Shown piece after piece: positions 9,599 through 19,142 of a DNA stretch of 64,000 bases (its first letter is position 1; every line of letters begins with the position of its first letter). The stretch covers positions 1,600,001-1,664,000 of the forward strand of contig OZ241326.1 in the NCBI GenBank assembly GCA_965199855.1, written 5' to 3'. This DNA is from a bacterium (GTDB lineage Bacteria; UBA8248). Made by a program: the position numbers and the translations under genes. Under the pieces are notes generated by a model. It saw only the letters and a list, made by a program, of their open reading frames with translations, searched no databases and was not told the origin of the DNA.

Positions 9599-11143
9599 AT
9601 GGAGCCGATGAATTTCCTGCTGCTGATGGACGACGAGCACAGCCAGAAGGCGCTGGGCTGCTACGGCCATCCCCTCGTCAGGACGCCGAACATAGACGCG
9701 CTGGCGGCGTCGGGCGTCCGGTTCGAGAACGCCTATACGAACTGCCCCATCTGCGTGCCGGCGCGCGCGAGCTTCGCCACGGGCAGATACGTCCATGAAA
9801 TCGGCGCCTGGGACAACGCGCACCCCTACGAGGGAGAGCCGCCGGGCTGGTGTCATCGCCTGCAGGAAAACGGGATGCGGACGACCTCGGTCGGCAAGCT
9901 TCACTACCGGAGCGCCGACTGCCCCGTCGGCTTCGATGAGCAGATCATCCCCCTGCATCTCCCCAAAGGGGGGCTGGGCGACATTTTCAGCGCCGTGCGC
10001 GACGAGAAGGGGCTGCCGCCCAGGAACAACCCCGAGTGGATGGCCGAGCGCATCGGGCCGGGAGAATCCAAATACATCGCGTATGACGCGCAAGTCACGG
10101 AGCTCGCGCGCGAATGGCTCCTCCATGAAGCGCCCAAATGCGCCGGGCGCCCCTGGGCGCTGTTCGTCTCCCTCACGTGTCCGCATTTTCCCTTCATCGC
10201 GCCGCCCGAATTCTACGGCCTCTACCCCCTGGAGGACGTGCCGCTCCCGAAGCCCCACCCCTCGGGCGGCCGGGGCTGGCATCCCTGGATCGCCGCGCTT
10301 CACGAATGCGCCCCCTACGACGTCTATTTCGACGATCACAGCCGCCGCGTGGCGCTGGCCTCCTATTTCGGCATGATCAGCTACGTGGACTCGAACGTCG
10401 GCGGGATTCTGAACGCCCTGGAGGAGTCCGGCTTCGCCGAAAGCACGCGGGTGCTCTTCGCCAGCGACCATGGAGACAATCTGGGCGAGCGCGGACTTTG
10501 GGGGAAATCCACCATGTATGAGGAATCGGTCGCCGTGCCGCTCATCCTCTCCGGCCCGGACGTTCCGGGCGGCAGGGTGTGCCGGACGCCCGTCTCGCTC
10601 GTCGATCTGCATCCGACGGCGCTCGACGGCGCGGGTCTCCTGACGAGCGGCGAGGAGGAGCGGCTGCGCGGCGGCTCGCTGTTCCGGATCGCGAGCGAGC
10701 CGGATGACCCCGAGCGCGAGATTTTCAGCGAGTTCCACGCGCTCGGCGCCAAGACGGGATTGTTCATGCTTCGCCGCGGGCGCTACAAGTATATCCACTA
10801 CGTGGGGCACGCCCCCGAGCTGTTCGACCTGGAGGAGGACCCCGAAGAGCGGCGGGATCTTTCCCGAAGCCCCGCGCATCAATCCGTTCTGGCGGCGCTC
10901 GAGGCGCGCCTTCGGCGCGTCGTCGATCCCGAAGAGGCGGATCGGCGCGCCAAGGCGGATCAGGCGGCGCTCGTCGAGCGGCACGGCGGGCGCGAGGCCG
11001 TCATCGCCATCGGCAACAGCTTCGCGTCTCCGCCCCCGGGAGAGAAGGAATACGGGGAGGAGGAAAGGCTAGACGAACCGGGAGACGGCGCTTCGCCTTC
11101 GCATCCCCACGTTCAGGACCAGGGCGACGGCGACGAAGGATGA
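9599..11143 (+). CDS. Sulfatase (choline-sulfatase-like, Cys-type formylglycine motif)
   Basis: MDDEH metal ligands, CVPAR (CxPxR), GKLH, SDHG and WGKSTMYEES motifs; start probably ATG 9599 or 9608. Confidence 0.9.
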   Translation: MEPMNFLLLMDDEHSQKALGCYGHPLVRTPNIDALAASGVRFENAYTNCPICVPARASFATGRYVHEIGAWDNAHPYEGEPPGWCHRLQENGMRTTSVGKLHYRSADCPVGFDEQIIPLHLPKGGLGDIFSAVRDEKGLPPRNNPEWMAERIGPGESKYIAYDAQVTELAREWLLHEAPKCAGRPWALFVSLTCPHFPFIAPPEFYGLYPLEDVPLPKPHPSGGRGWHPWIAALHECAPYDVYFDDHSRRVALASYFGMISYVDSNVGGILNALEESGFAESTRVLFASDHGDNLGERGLWGKSTMYEESVAVPLILSGPDVPGGRVCRTPVSLVDLHPTALDGAGLLTSGEEERLRGGSLFRIASEPDDPEREIFSEFHALGAKTGLFMLRRGRYKYIHYVGHAPELFDLEEDPEERRDLSRSPAHQSVLAALEARLRRVVDPEEADRRAKADQAALVERHGGREAVIAIGNSFASPPPGEKEYGEEERLDEPGDGASPSHPHVQDQGDGDEG

Positions 11144-12211
11144 GACGGCGGCGCTCCCCCCGTAGCTGACCAGGGGAAGCGGAATTCCGACGATGGGCAT
11201 CAGACCCAGCGTCATTCCGACGTTGAAGACGACGTAGAGGAAGAACGCCGTGGCGACGCCTACGGCGAGAAGCGCGCCTTCCTTGTCGGCGGCGCTCAGC
11301 GCCGCGCCGACGCACCTCAGAATAAAAATGAAGAACAGCGCCAGAACGAGGGTGCCGCCGAGAAAGCCCAGCTCCTCGCTCAGCACGGAGAAGATGAAGT
11401 CCGTATGCTTCTCGGGCAGGAAGTGAAGCCTGCTCTGGGTTCCCTGGAGAAGCCCCTTGCCCCAGATCTCCCCGCTGCCGACCGCGATGATGCTCTGAAT
11501 GCTCTGGTATCCCGCCCCGAGAGGGTCGGCGCCGGGGTCGAGAAGCGTCAGGATGCGGCGGCGCTGATATTCCTTGAGAAAAAGCCAGGCGAGGGGAGCG
11601 CAGGCGATCGCCGCGCCGCCGATGGTGAAAATGACTCTTTTCCGGACGCCGGCGGCGAGGAACATGGCGCCCGCTATCAGCAGAACGGTGAGGCCGGTGC
11701 CCAGGTCGGGCTGGCGCATGATGAGTAGCGCGGGCGCGAGGGCGAGGGCGAGCGGCGGCAGAAGCTCCCTGAAGCCCATGGGCTTCGCCTCCTCCCGGGG
11801 GCCGAAATACCTCGCCAGCGCGAGAATGACCGCCAGACGCGCGAACTCGGAGGGCTGCAGGCGGACGGGGCCGAGGGCGAGCCATCGCTTCGAGCCGGAA
11901 ACCGTCTGCCCCGAGACGAGGACGGCGATGAGCAGGACGATGAGGAGGGCGTAGAAAAAATACGACCATCGCGTAAAGACGTGATAGTCGAAAAAGAGAG
12001 TGCAGACCAGAGCGCCCAGCCCGATGGACGCCCACAGCGCCTGCTTCATGTGCAGGGAGTTTTTCAGGAAGACGGGGTTGGAGTGAATCGCGCTGTAAAT
12101 CAGAAAAACGCCCGTCAGGCTGAGCAGGAGGGTGGTGAGAACGAGCAGCCAATCCAGCCGGGAGAGGGTGCGCCGGAAGCTGGACGGAAGAGAGGAGGTG
12201 ATGTCGTTCAT
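11069..12211 (-). CDS. rodA: Rod shape-determining protein RodA
   Basis: SEDS motifs LQPSEF, QPDLGT, LPEKHTDFIFS and PLVSYGGS; downstream of mrdA. Confidence 0.96.
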   Translation of the reverse strand: MNDITSSLPSSFRRTLSRLDWLLVLTTLLLSLTGVFLIYSAIHSNPVFLKNSLHMKQALWASIGLGALVCTLFFDYHVFTRWSYFFYALLIVLLIAVLVSGQTVSGSKRWLALGPVRLQPSEFARLAVILALARYFGPREEAKPMGFRELLPPLALALAPALLIMRQPDLGTGLTVLLIAGAMFLAAGVRKRVIFTIGGAAIACAPLAWLFLKEYQRRRILTLLDPGADPLGAGYQSIQSIIAVGSGEIWGKGLLQGTQSRLHFLPEKHTDFIFSVLSEELGFLGGTLVLALFFIFILRCVGAALSAADKEGALLAVGVATAFFLYVVFNVGMTLGLMPIVGIPLPLVSYGGSAAVSSFVAVALVLNVGMRRRSAVSRFV

Positions 12212-14112
12212 CTGCGCTCTCCGGGCGTTCGCGCGTCGGGAGAAGCCGTCTCCCTCGCGGCGTCCGTCCTTGACGCCAGAACGTTCTTGTTCCCGCTTTT
12301 TTCGAGATAGAAGGAGATCAGCTCCCGGGCGTATGGGGCGAAGAAAGAACCCGGCCTGCCGGCGTGCTCTCCCAGGATGGCGAGCGCGATGACGGGATTC
12401 TCATACGGGGCGAAGGCGACGAACCAGCCGTGATCGCGGAATTTTCGCGGCAGTTCCTCGGGCTTCCTCTTGCGGCCCGTGAGTTCGAGGCGCACCGTCT
12501 GGGCGGTGCCCGTCTTGCCGGCCACGACGACGCCCGGGACGCGCGCCTTTTTCGCCGTGCCCAGAGTCCCGTGAACGACCTCCCTGAGTCCCTCGCGCAC
12601 CTTGTCGAAAATTTCCCCTCGTATCGGAATCTCGCGGATGAGCCGGGGCTTCGACTCGAAGAGCGCATCGCCGCCGGGGCTCACCACTTTGCGCACGACG
12701 TAGGGTCTCCAGAGGCGGCCCCGGTTCGCCACGGCGGCGACCATGTTGGCGGCCTGCAGGGGGGTGACGAGGTTGAAGCCCTGGCCGATGGCCACGCTGA
12801 TCGTCTCGCCCTTGTGCCATTTCTCGCCGAACCGGCGGCGCTTCCACGCATCCGAGGGCACGAGTCCCCACTTTTCGCGGGCGCCGAAGCCGGTGGACGC
12901 GCCCAGACCGAACATGCGCGCGTAATGCGCGATTCTTCCGATGCCCAGCTTGCGGCCCATGTCGTAGTAATAGACGTCGCAGCTTTGGGCGAGGGACTGG
13001 GTGATGTCCACGGGGCCGTGCCCCCCCTCTTTCCAGTCCTGAAATACCCTTCTGCCGAATCTGAAGGAGCCGGCGCAGCGTATTTTCTCATCGGCGGCGA
13101 CGACTTTCTCGTTCAGCGCGGCGAAGGCCATCACGATCTTGAAGATCGAACCGGGGGGGTATTGGCCCCGGGTGGCGCGGTTCTCGAGCGGCTTCAGGGG
13201 GTCTTCCGTCAGGCTTTTCCAGGCTTCGGCGTCGATGCCGGCGGCGAATTCGTTCGGGTCGAAGGAGGGCCTGCTGACCATGGCGAGAATGGCGCCGTCC
13301 GAGGGATCGAGGGCGACGACGCTGCCTTCGTGCTCCTTGAACAGCGCCTCCGCCTTCTTCTGAAGCGCCAGGTCGATGGTCAGATGCACGTCGTTGCCGG
13401 GCTTTTCCACGAAGGGGCGGACGACGCGCAGCTCTCTTCCGTAGGCGTCCACCTCCACCTGGCGAAAGCCGCTCGCCCCGCGCAGGAATTTCTCCTGGGC
13501 GCGCTCGACTCCGTATTTGCCCAGCAGGTCTCCCTGCCGGTAGTTCCGCTTTTTCAGGCGCTTGAGCTGGCGCTCGTCGATCTCGCCCAGATAGCCCAGC
13601 AGGTGCCCCGCCCCCTCGAACGAGGGGTATCGCCTGAGCGGCGTCGCCTGAACGTATACGCCGGGATAGTCGAGCTTGCGCTCTTCGAGAAAGGCCATGG
13701 TATTCCGGCTGATGTCCGCCTTGACGAGAAACGGGCGAAAGGGATTCGCCCGCCGGACTTTTTCATACAGCGCCCCGTAGGGCTGTCCGGTGAGCCCGGC
13801 CAGCATCCGGACGGTCGGCTTCAGGTTTTTCGCGTTCTCCCGGAGGATGTAGATGTTGAAAGACGCGCGGTTGTCCGCCAGCACTTCTCCCCTGGAATCG
13901 AACACGAGCCCCCGGGGGCTCTGCACGACTCGGTAGGCGATGCGGTTGTTCTCGGAGAGGCTTCTGAACTTCGCGCCCTGAATCACCTGAAGGCTCAGGA
14001 GGCGGAGGAACAGCCCGGCGAGGACGAGGCCGAAGCAGACGCCGAATATGAGGACGCGGCGCCTGAGCGCGTCGCTCGTCTCCGGGCTCCGGCTGGCGCG
14101 CCACTCCTTCAT
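12208..14112 (-). CDS. mrdA: Penicillin-binding protein 2
   Basis: N-terminal TM anchor; SxxK (PGSIFK), SCD and KTG motifs; mre operon context. Confidence 0.96.
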   Translation of the reverse strand: MKEWRASRSPETSDALRRRVLIFGVCFGLVLAGLFLRLLSLQVIQGAKFRSLSENNRIAYRVVQSPRGLVFDSRGEVLADNRASFNIYILRENAKNLKPTVRMLAGLTGQPYGALYEKVRRANPFRPFLVKADISRNTMAFLEERKLDYPGVYVQATPLRRYPSFEGAGHLLGYLGEIDERQLKRLKKRNYRQGDLLGKYGVERAQEKFLRGASGFRQVEVDAYGRELRVVRPFVEKPGNDVHLTIDLALQKKAEALFKEHEGSVVALDPSDGAILAMVSRPSFDPNEFAAGIDAEAWKSLTEDPLKPLENRATRGQYPPGSIFKIVMAFAALNEKVVAADEKIRCAGSFRFGRRVFQDWKEGGHGPVDITQSLAQSCDVYYYDMGRKLGIGRIAHYARMFGLGASTGFGAREKWGLVPSDAWKRRRFGEKWHKGETISVAIGQGFNLVTPLQAANMVAAVANRGRLWRPYVVRKVVSPGGDALFESKPRLIREIPIRGEIFDKVREGLREVVHGTLGTAKKARVPGVVVAGKTGTAQTVRLELTGRKRKPEELPRKFRDHGWFVAFAPYENPVIALAILGEHAGRPGSFFAPYARELISFYLEKSGNKNVLASRTDAARETASPDARTPGERR

Positions 14113-14113
14113 C

Positions 14114-14635
14114 TCAGGGCCGCTCCAGGTAGGGCGCGCCCTCGGAGGATGGAAGCGTTTTCACCTCGATTTTTCCCAGCAGGCCGATGACCATCGGCGC
14201 CAGGACGGCGTTCAGCCCCGCGGTCCTGGCGCCCTCCAGCCAGAATTCGACGGGAAGCGCCTTGTCGGGCAGAAACACCATCGCCAGTCCGGCGGAAAGC
14301 GCGAGATTGAAAATCGAGGCGAAGAACGCCGTCGAGCAGTAAAAGAAGAGCCGGCGCGACGTCATGGTGCTCTTCAGCCCTCCCGCGCAATAGCCGATCA
14401 GCCCTTTCAGGAGCGCGTTGAGGCCGAGCAGGCTTCCCGAAAGCGCGTCCTGGGCGAGTCCCAGGACGAAGCCCCCGACGAGCGCGGCGGCCCTGTCCCG
14501 CCGAAGCCCCAGGAATACGGTGGTGAGGAGCATGGCGTCCGGCCTGGCGCCGAGCCAGTCCGAAAAGTATTCGGCGGCCGACGTGTGGAATACGATCGTG
14601 AAGATGAGGAGGATGGCGCAGAAGAGAAAACTCAT
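14114..14635 (-). CDS. mreD: Rod shape-determining protein MreD
   Basis: Hydrophobic ORF from ATG 14635 (MSFLFCAILL...GFVLGLAQDALSG) between mreC and mrdA. Confidence 0.9.
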   Translation of the reverse strand: MSFLFCAILLIFTIVFHTSAAEYFSDWLGARPDAMLLTTVFLGLRRDRAAALVGGFVLGLAQDALSGSLLGLNALLKGLIGYCAGGLKSTMTSRRLFFYCSTAFFASIFNLALSAGLAMVFLPDKALPVEFWLEGARTAGLNAVLAPMVIGLLGKIEVKTLPSSEGAPYLERP

Positions 14636-15465
14636 TTCCAGGGGTTTTCCCTTGGCTCCGTCATCAGGATCAAGACTTCCTCCAGGCTCGAGAAGTTCAC
14701 GAGCGGCTCCGCCCTGATTTTCAGAAACAATTCTTTCGCGTCGATGACTTCCGTGACGCGGGCTACGGGGAGGCCCTTCGGGAAAAGCCCCCCCAGGCCG
14801 GAGGAGATGAGCAGGTCGCCCGGCCTGGCTCCCGCGCCGCCCGGCATGTGGCGCACCTCGCTCTCCCCCTGCCGGGAAATGGAGAAAATCCCCTGCGCGC
14901 GGGAGCGCTGCGCGATGACGCTGACCGCGCTTCTCGAATCGAGCAGCGGCAGCACCTGGCTCACGCCGCGGCTCACCCGGGAGATTCTTCCCACGAGTCC
15001 CGCCTGATGCACGACCGGCATGTCCCTGCGCACGCCGTCCACGGAACCCAGATCCACGATGAGCGATTTTCCATAAATGCTTCCGCCGTGCGCCACGATG
15101 CGGGCGAGGCGAACGGGCGCCGCGAGATTCCTCGATGCCCGGAGCAGTTCCTCCAGGCGCGCGATCTCCGTCTTCAGCTCCCGGATCCGCGCGTGATTCG
15201 CGCTGAAAGCCAGCAACTTTTGCCTCAGCGCGACGTTTTCCTCGTGCGCGTTCTTGAGGAGCAGATATCTTTGCCAGGTTCCGACCGCCCATTTTCTGGG
15301 GGCGTCGCCGATGTCGACGATCTGCCCCATGAGGGAGAAAAGCCCCCTCTCGATGAAAGTGGAGCGGCCCTGAAGCAGCGCGCTCACAGTCATGAGCATG
15401 AAGCAGACGACGAACAGCGCGATGAGGAGAGCGGCGTTCCGCCGTTCAATGAGAAACTGAAGCAT
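14632..15465 (-). CDS. mreC: Rod shape-determining protein MreC
   Basis: TM segment plus coiled coil, GLVGRI and SSGLGGLFPKGLPV motifs; follows mreB. Confidence 0.94.
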   Translation of the reverse strand: MLQFLIERRNAALLIALFVVCFMLMTVSALLQGRSTFIERGLFSLMGQIVDIGDAPRKWAVGTWQRYLLLKNAHEENVALRQKLLAFSANHARIRELKTEIARLEELLRASRNLAAPVRLARIVAHGGSIYGKSLIVDLGSVDGVRRDMPVVHQAGLVGRISRVSRGVSQVLPLLDSRSAVSVIAQRSRAQGIFSISRQGESEVRHMPGGAGARPGDLLISSGLGGLFPKGLPVARVTEVIDAKELFLKIRAEPLVNFSSLEEVLILMTEPRENPWK

Positions 15466-15537
15466 GGCCTTCCAGGTTTCGTTCTCGGCGGCGGGCGAAA
15501 TGCGATGCGCGAGGGCGTCGAATCCTCTTTGCCCCGG

Positions 15538-16587
<1,050 letters not shown>

Positions 16588-16840
16588 CTATTGTTTCATG
16601 CGCAACGCATATTCCGGTATCATTAACATTTGGGATGGGAAAAATCAAGGAAAACGCGAATTTAGAAGGAGAAGCGCGGTTTTATTTGATAAAATCCGAC
16701 TGCGCCCCGGGCGGGGCGCCGCGAATTCCTCCTCTCCCCGTTTGCGGCGAGAGGGCAGGTGGTCTATTTTCGCGTTCCTTCGCCGCCCGAATCGCATTTC
16801 CGCCGCCGTCAGTCGTCGGTTTTGAGGGAGTTCGACATTC

Positions 16841-18739
16841 ATGCTTCGCTTTTTGAGGGCAAAGGGGAAAAGCTGGGTTCTGAAGGCGCTGCTCGGGTTC
16901 GTCGCGCTCACCTTCGTGTCTTTCGGCGGGTTCGCGCTCACGGACGGGCCGAGCCAGTCCGGGGGCGCGCGGGTGGCGGCGTGGGTGGATGAGGCTCCGA
17001 TATCGGCGCGCGAGTTCGAGCAGCGCTACTATGAGCAGGCCGAGGCGCTCAGGCGGCAGCTGGGCGACGCCTACAACGAGGAGCTCGCGCGCCGTCTCGG
17101 CGTGCGGCGCCGGGCGCTCGACTCCCTGATACTCGAAAAGCTTCAGTTGCGCGAAACACGGCGTCTCGGCATTCAGGCCACCGACTCGGAGGTCGCGCTT
17201 CAGATTCAGTCCCTCCCCCCTTTCCAGAGAGAAGGGAGGTTCGACGCCCGGCGGTATCGCGCCGTTCTTGAGTCGAACGGCCTCACCCCCCGGCAATTCG
17301 AGGAGGCGCAAAGGCGGGTCGTTCTGCTCGGTCGCCTGCGCGACTACGTGAACATGAGCGTGTCGCTCAGCGATCGGGAGGTGCGCGACGCCTGGGAGTG
17401 GAGCAGCGCGGAGATCAAGCTGGCGGCGATTCGCCTGAAGCCGGAGACGTTCGCCAGGGAAGTGCCGGCGCTGGAAGCCGACCTGAAGGAGCATTATGAA
17501 AAGAACAGGGACGAATTCAGGACGGCCCCCCAAAGGCGCGCGTCCTGGTGGCGCCTGCCGTTTTCCGAAGCGGCGAAGGGTGTCGAGCTCAATGAGGCGG
17601 ATTTGAGAGCCCACTACGCCCGCGCCCGCGCGAAGTATGCGCGGCGCGAGAGCATATCGGTCAACCAGATTTTCCTGAAGCTTCCGCCCGACGCGAAAGA
17701 AGAGCAGATCGAGGCGAAGCGCAAGCTGCTCGAACAGTTGCGCGAGCGCGTCGTGAAGGGCGAGAAATTCACCGAACTCGCCAAGGCCCACTCCGAAGGC
17801 CCGGCGGCGAAGCAGGGGGGCGACCTCGGCACGTTCGGCAGGGGAGAGATGCTGCCCGGGCTGGAGCAGGCGGCGTTTGACCTGAAGAAAGGGGAGGTGA
17901 GCCGGCCCGTCAAGACTTCCTTCGGGATGCACCTCGTATGGGTGAGGGAGCGGGTGCCGCCCGGCCACAGGCCGTTCGACGAGGCGCGCGAGGAGGTGGA
18001 AAAGGAGCTGCGGGACCTGCGCGCCAGACAGCGCGCCAGGAGCGAGCTCAGGAAAGTCCGCTACGCGGTGGAGGACAAAAAGGCGGAGCCTCGCGTGGCC
18101 GGACTGCAAAAAGGGGAAACCGGCTTTTTCGAGAGGGGCCGCCTCTCGCTGACGACGCCCGGGGCCGGCGTGGTGAGCGAGCTCGCCTTCGGCCTGAGCG
18201 GCCAGAAGAAAATATCCCGAGAAAGAGAGGATGAGGAAGGCGTCAGCTTCGTGCGGCTGGATGCGAAAAGAGCGCCTTTCGTTCCGAAGTTCGAGGACGC
18301 GCGCGCCGAGGTGGAGCGATCGTTTCTGCGTTTCAGGGGCGGGGAGATAGCGAAGCGAAAAGCGGCGCTCTGGCTTCAGGAGCTGAAGGACAAGAAGCGC
18401 GACCTGCACGGCATCGCCCGGGAGATTGGACTGAGCGTTCTCGTCCCCGGCGCCTTCAAGCGCATGGAGGCGCCCCCCGCGCTCGGCGCCTCGCGGGAGG
18501 TTGCCGCCGCGGCGTTCTCCATCGAGGCGGGCGGGTTTGGCATGGCCGAAGCGGGCGGCGAAGTGATCCTGTTCGAGGTGCTGGAAGCCCCCGAGGCGGA
18601 CATGAAGAAGCTCGAATCCGAAAAAGGGGACGTCCGCCGACGGATGCTTCAGGTGAAAAGGGCGCTGGCGTTCGGCCGGTATCTCGAAAAGCTCAGGAAC
18701 GCGGCGGAAGTGCGCTTCGAGGAAGGGTTCGGGGCGTAG
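16841..18739 (+). CDS. PpiD/SurA-type membrane-anchored peptidyl-prolyl isomerase chaperone
   Basis: N-terminal TM segment, SurA_N-like region and a parvulin motif (FTELAKAHSEGPAAKQGGDLG...PVKTSFGMHLV). Confidence 0.88.
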   Translation: MLRFLRAKGKSWVLKALLGFVALTFVSFGGFALTDGPSQSGGARVAAWVDEAPISAREFEQRYYEQAEALRRQLGDAYNEELARRLGVRRRALDSLILEKLQLRETRRLGIQATDSEVALQIQSLPPFQREGRFDARRYRAVLESNGLTPRQFEEAQRRVVLLGRLRDYVNMSVSLSDREVRDAWEWSSAEIKLAAIRLKPETFAREVPALEADLKEHYEKNRDEFRTAPQRRASWWRLPFSEAAKGVELNEADLRAHYARARAKYARRESISVNQIFLKLPPDAKEEQIEAKRKLLEQLRERVVKGEKFTELAKAHSEGPAAKQGGDLGTFGRGEMLPGLEQAAFDLKKGEVSRPVKTSFGMHLVWVRERVPPGHRPFDEAREEVEKELRDLRARQRARSELRKVRYAVEDKKAEPRVAGLQKGETGFFERGRLSLTTPGAGVVSELAFGLSGQKKISREREDEEGVSFVRLDAKRAPFVPKFEDARAEVERSFLRFRGGEIAKRKAALWLQELKDKKRDLHGIAREIGLSVLVPGAFKRMEAPPALGASREVAAAAFSIEAGGFGMAEAGGEVILFEVLEAPEADMKKLESEKGDVRRRMLQVKRALAFGRYLEKLRNAAEVRFEEGFGA

Positions 18740-18751
18740 GGGACCTCTTTG

Positions 18752-19066
18752 TCAGCGCCAGAAGTCCTCCCGATCCTCGGGCCTGATTTCGTGCTTCTCC
18801 TGCATCCCCTTGTCGAACAGCTCCGCCGCCTCTCTTTTCCTGGCCGCCTGCTGCTCCATCAGATCCCGGATATCGGGGCTTTTCTTGCTGGCGGCTTCGG
18901 CGAACGGGTCTTTCACTTGGTGGCGCACGATTCGCGCGGAATCCCCCTCGACCTGGAACCGTATCTGGTTGCCGGGCGCGACGTTCAGGGATTTCATGAT
19001 CTCCTTGGGGAGGTGGATTCTTCCCCCGCGGCCGATTTCGATGACGTGCGGCTTCTTCTCGCTCAT
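18752..19066 (-). CDS. AbrB/MazE/SpoVT-family DNA-binding protein
   Basis: GRGGRIHLPKEIMKSLNVAPGNQIRF is a swapped-hairpin signature. Confidence 0.75.
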   Translation of the reverse strand: MSEKKPHVIEIGRGGRIHLPKEIMKSLNVAPGNQIRFQVEGDSARIVRHQVKDPFAEAASKKSPDIRDLMEQQAARKREAAELFDKGMQEKHEIRPEDREDFWR

Positions 19067-19142
19067 GAGGCGCTTTCCTCCCTGCGGGAGAGGCCGCGTC
19101 GCCCGGAAAGAGCGAAGCGCCTCCCGCCCGGCGCGCCGATGA

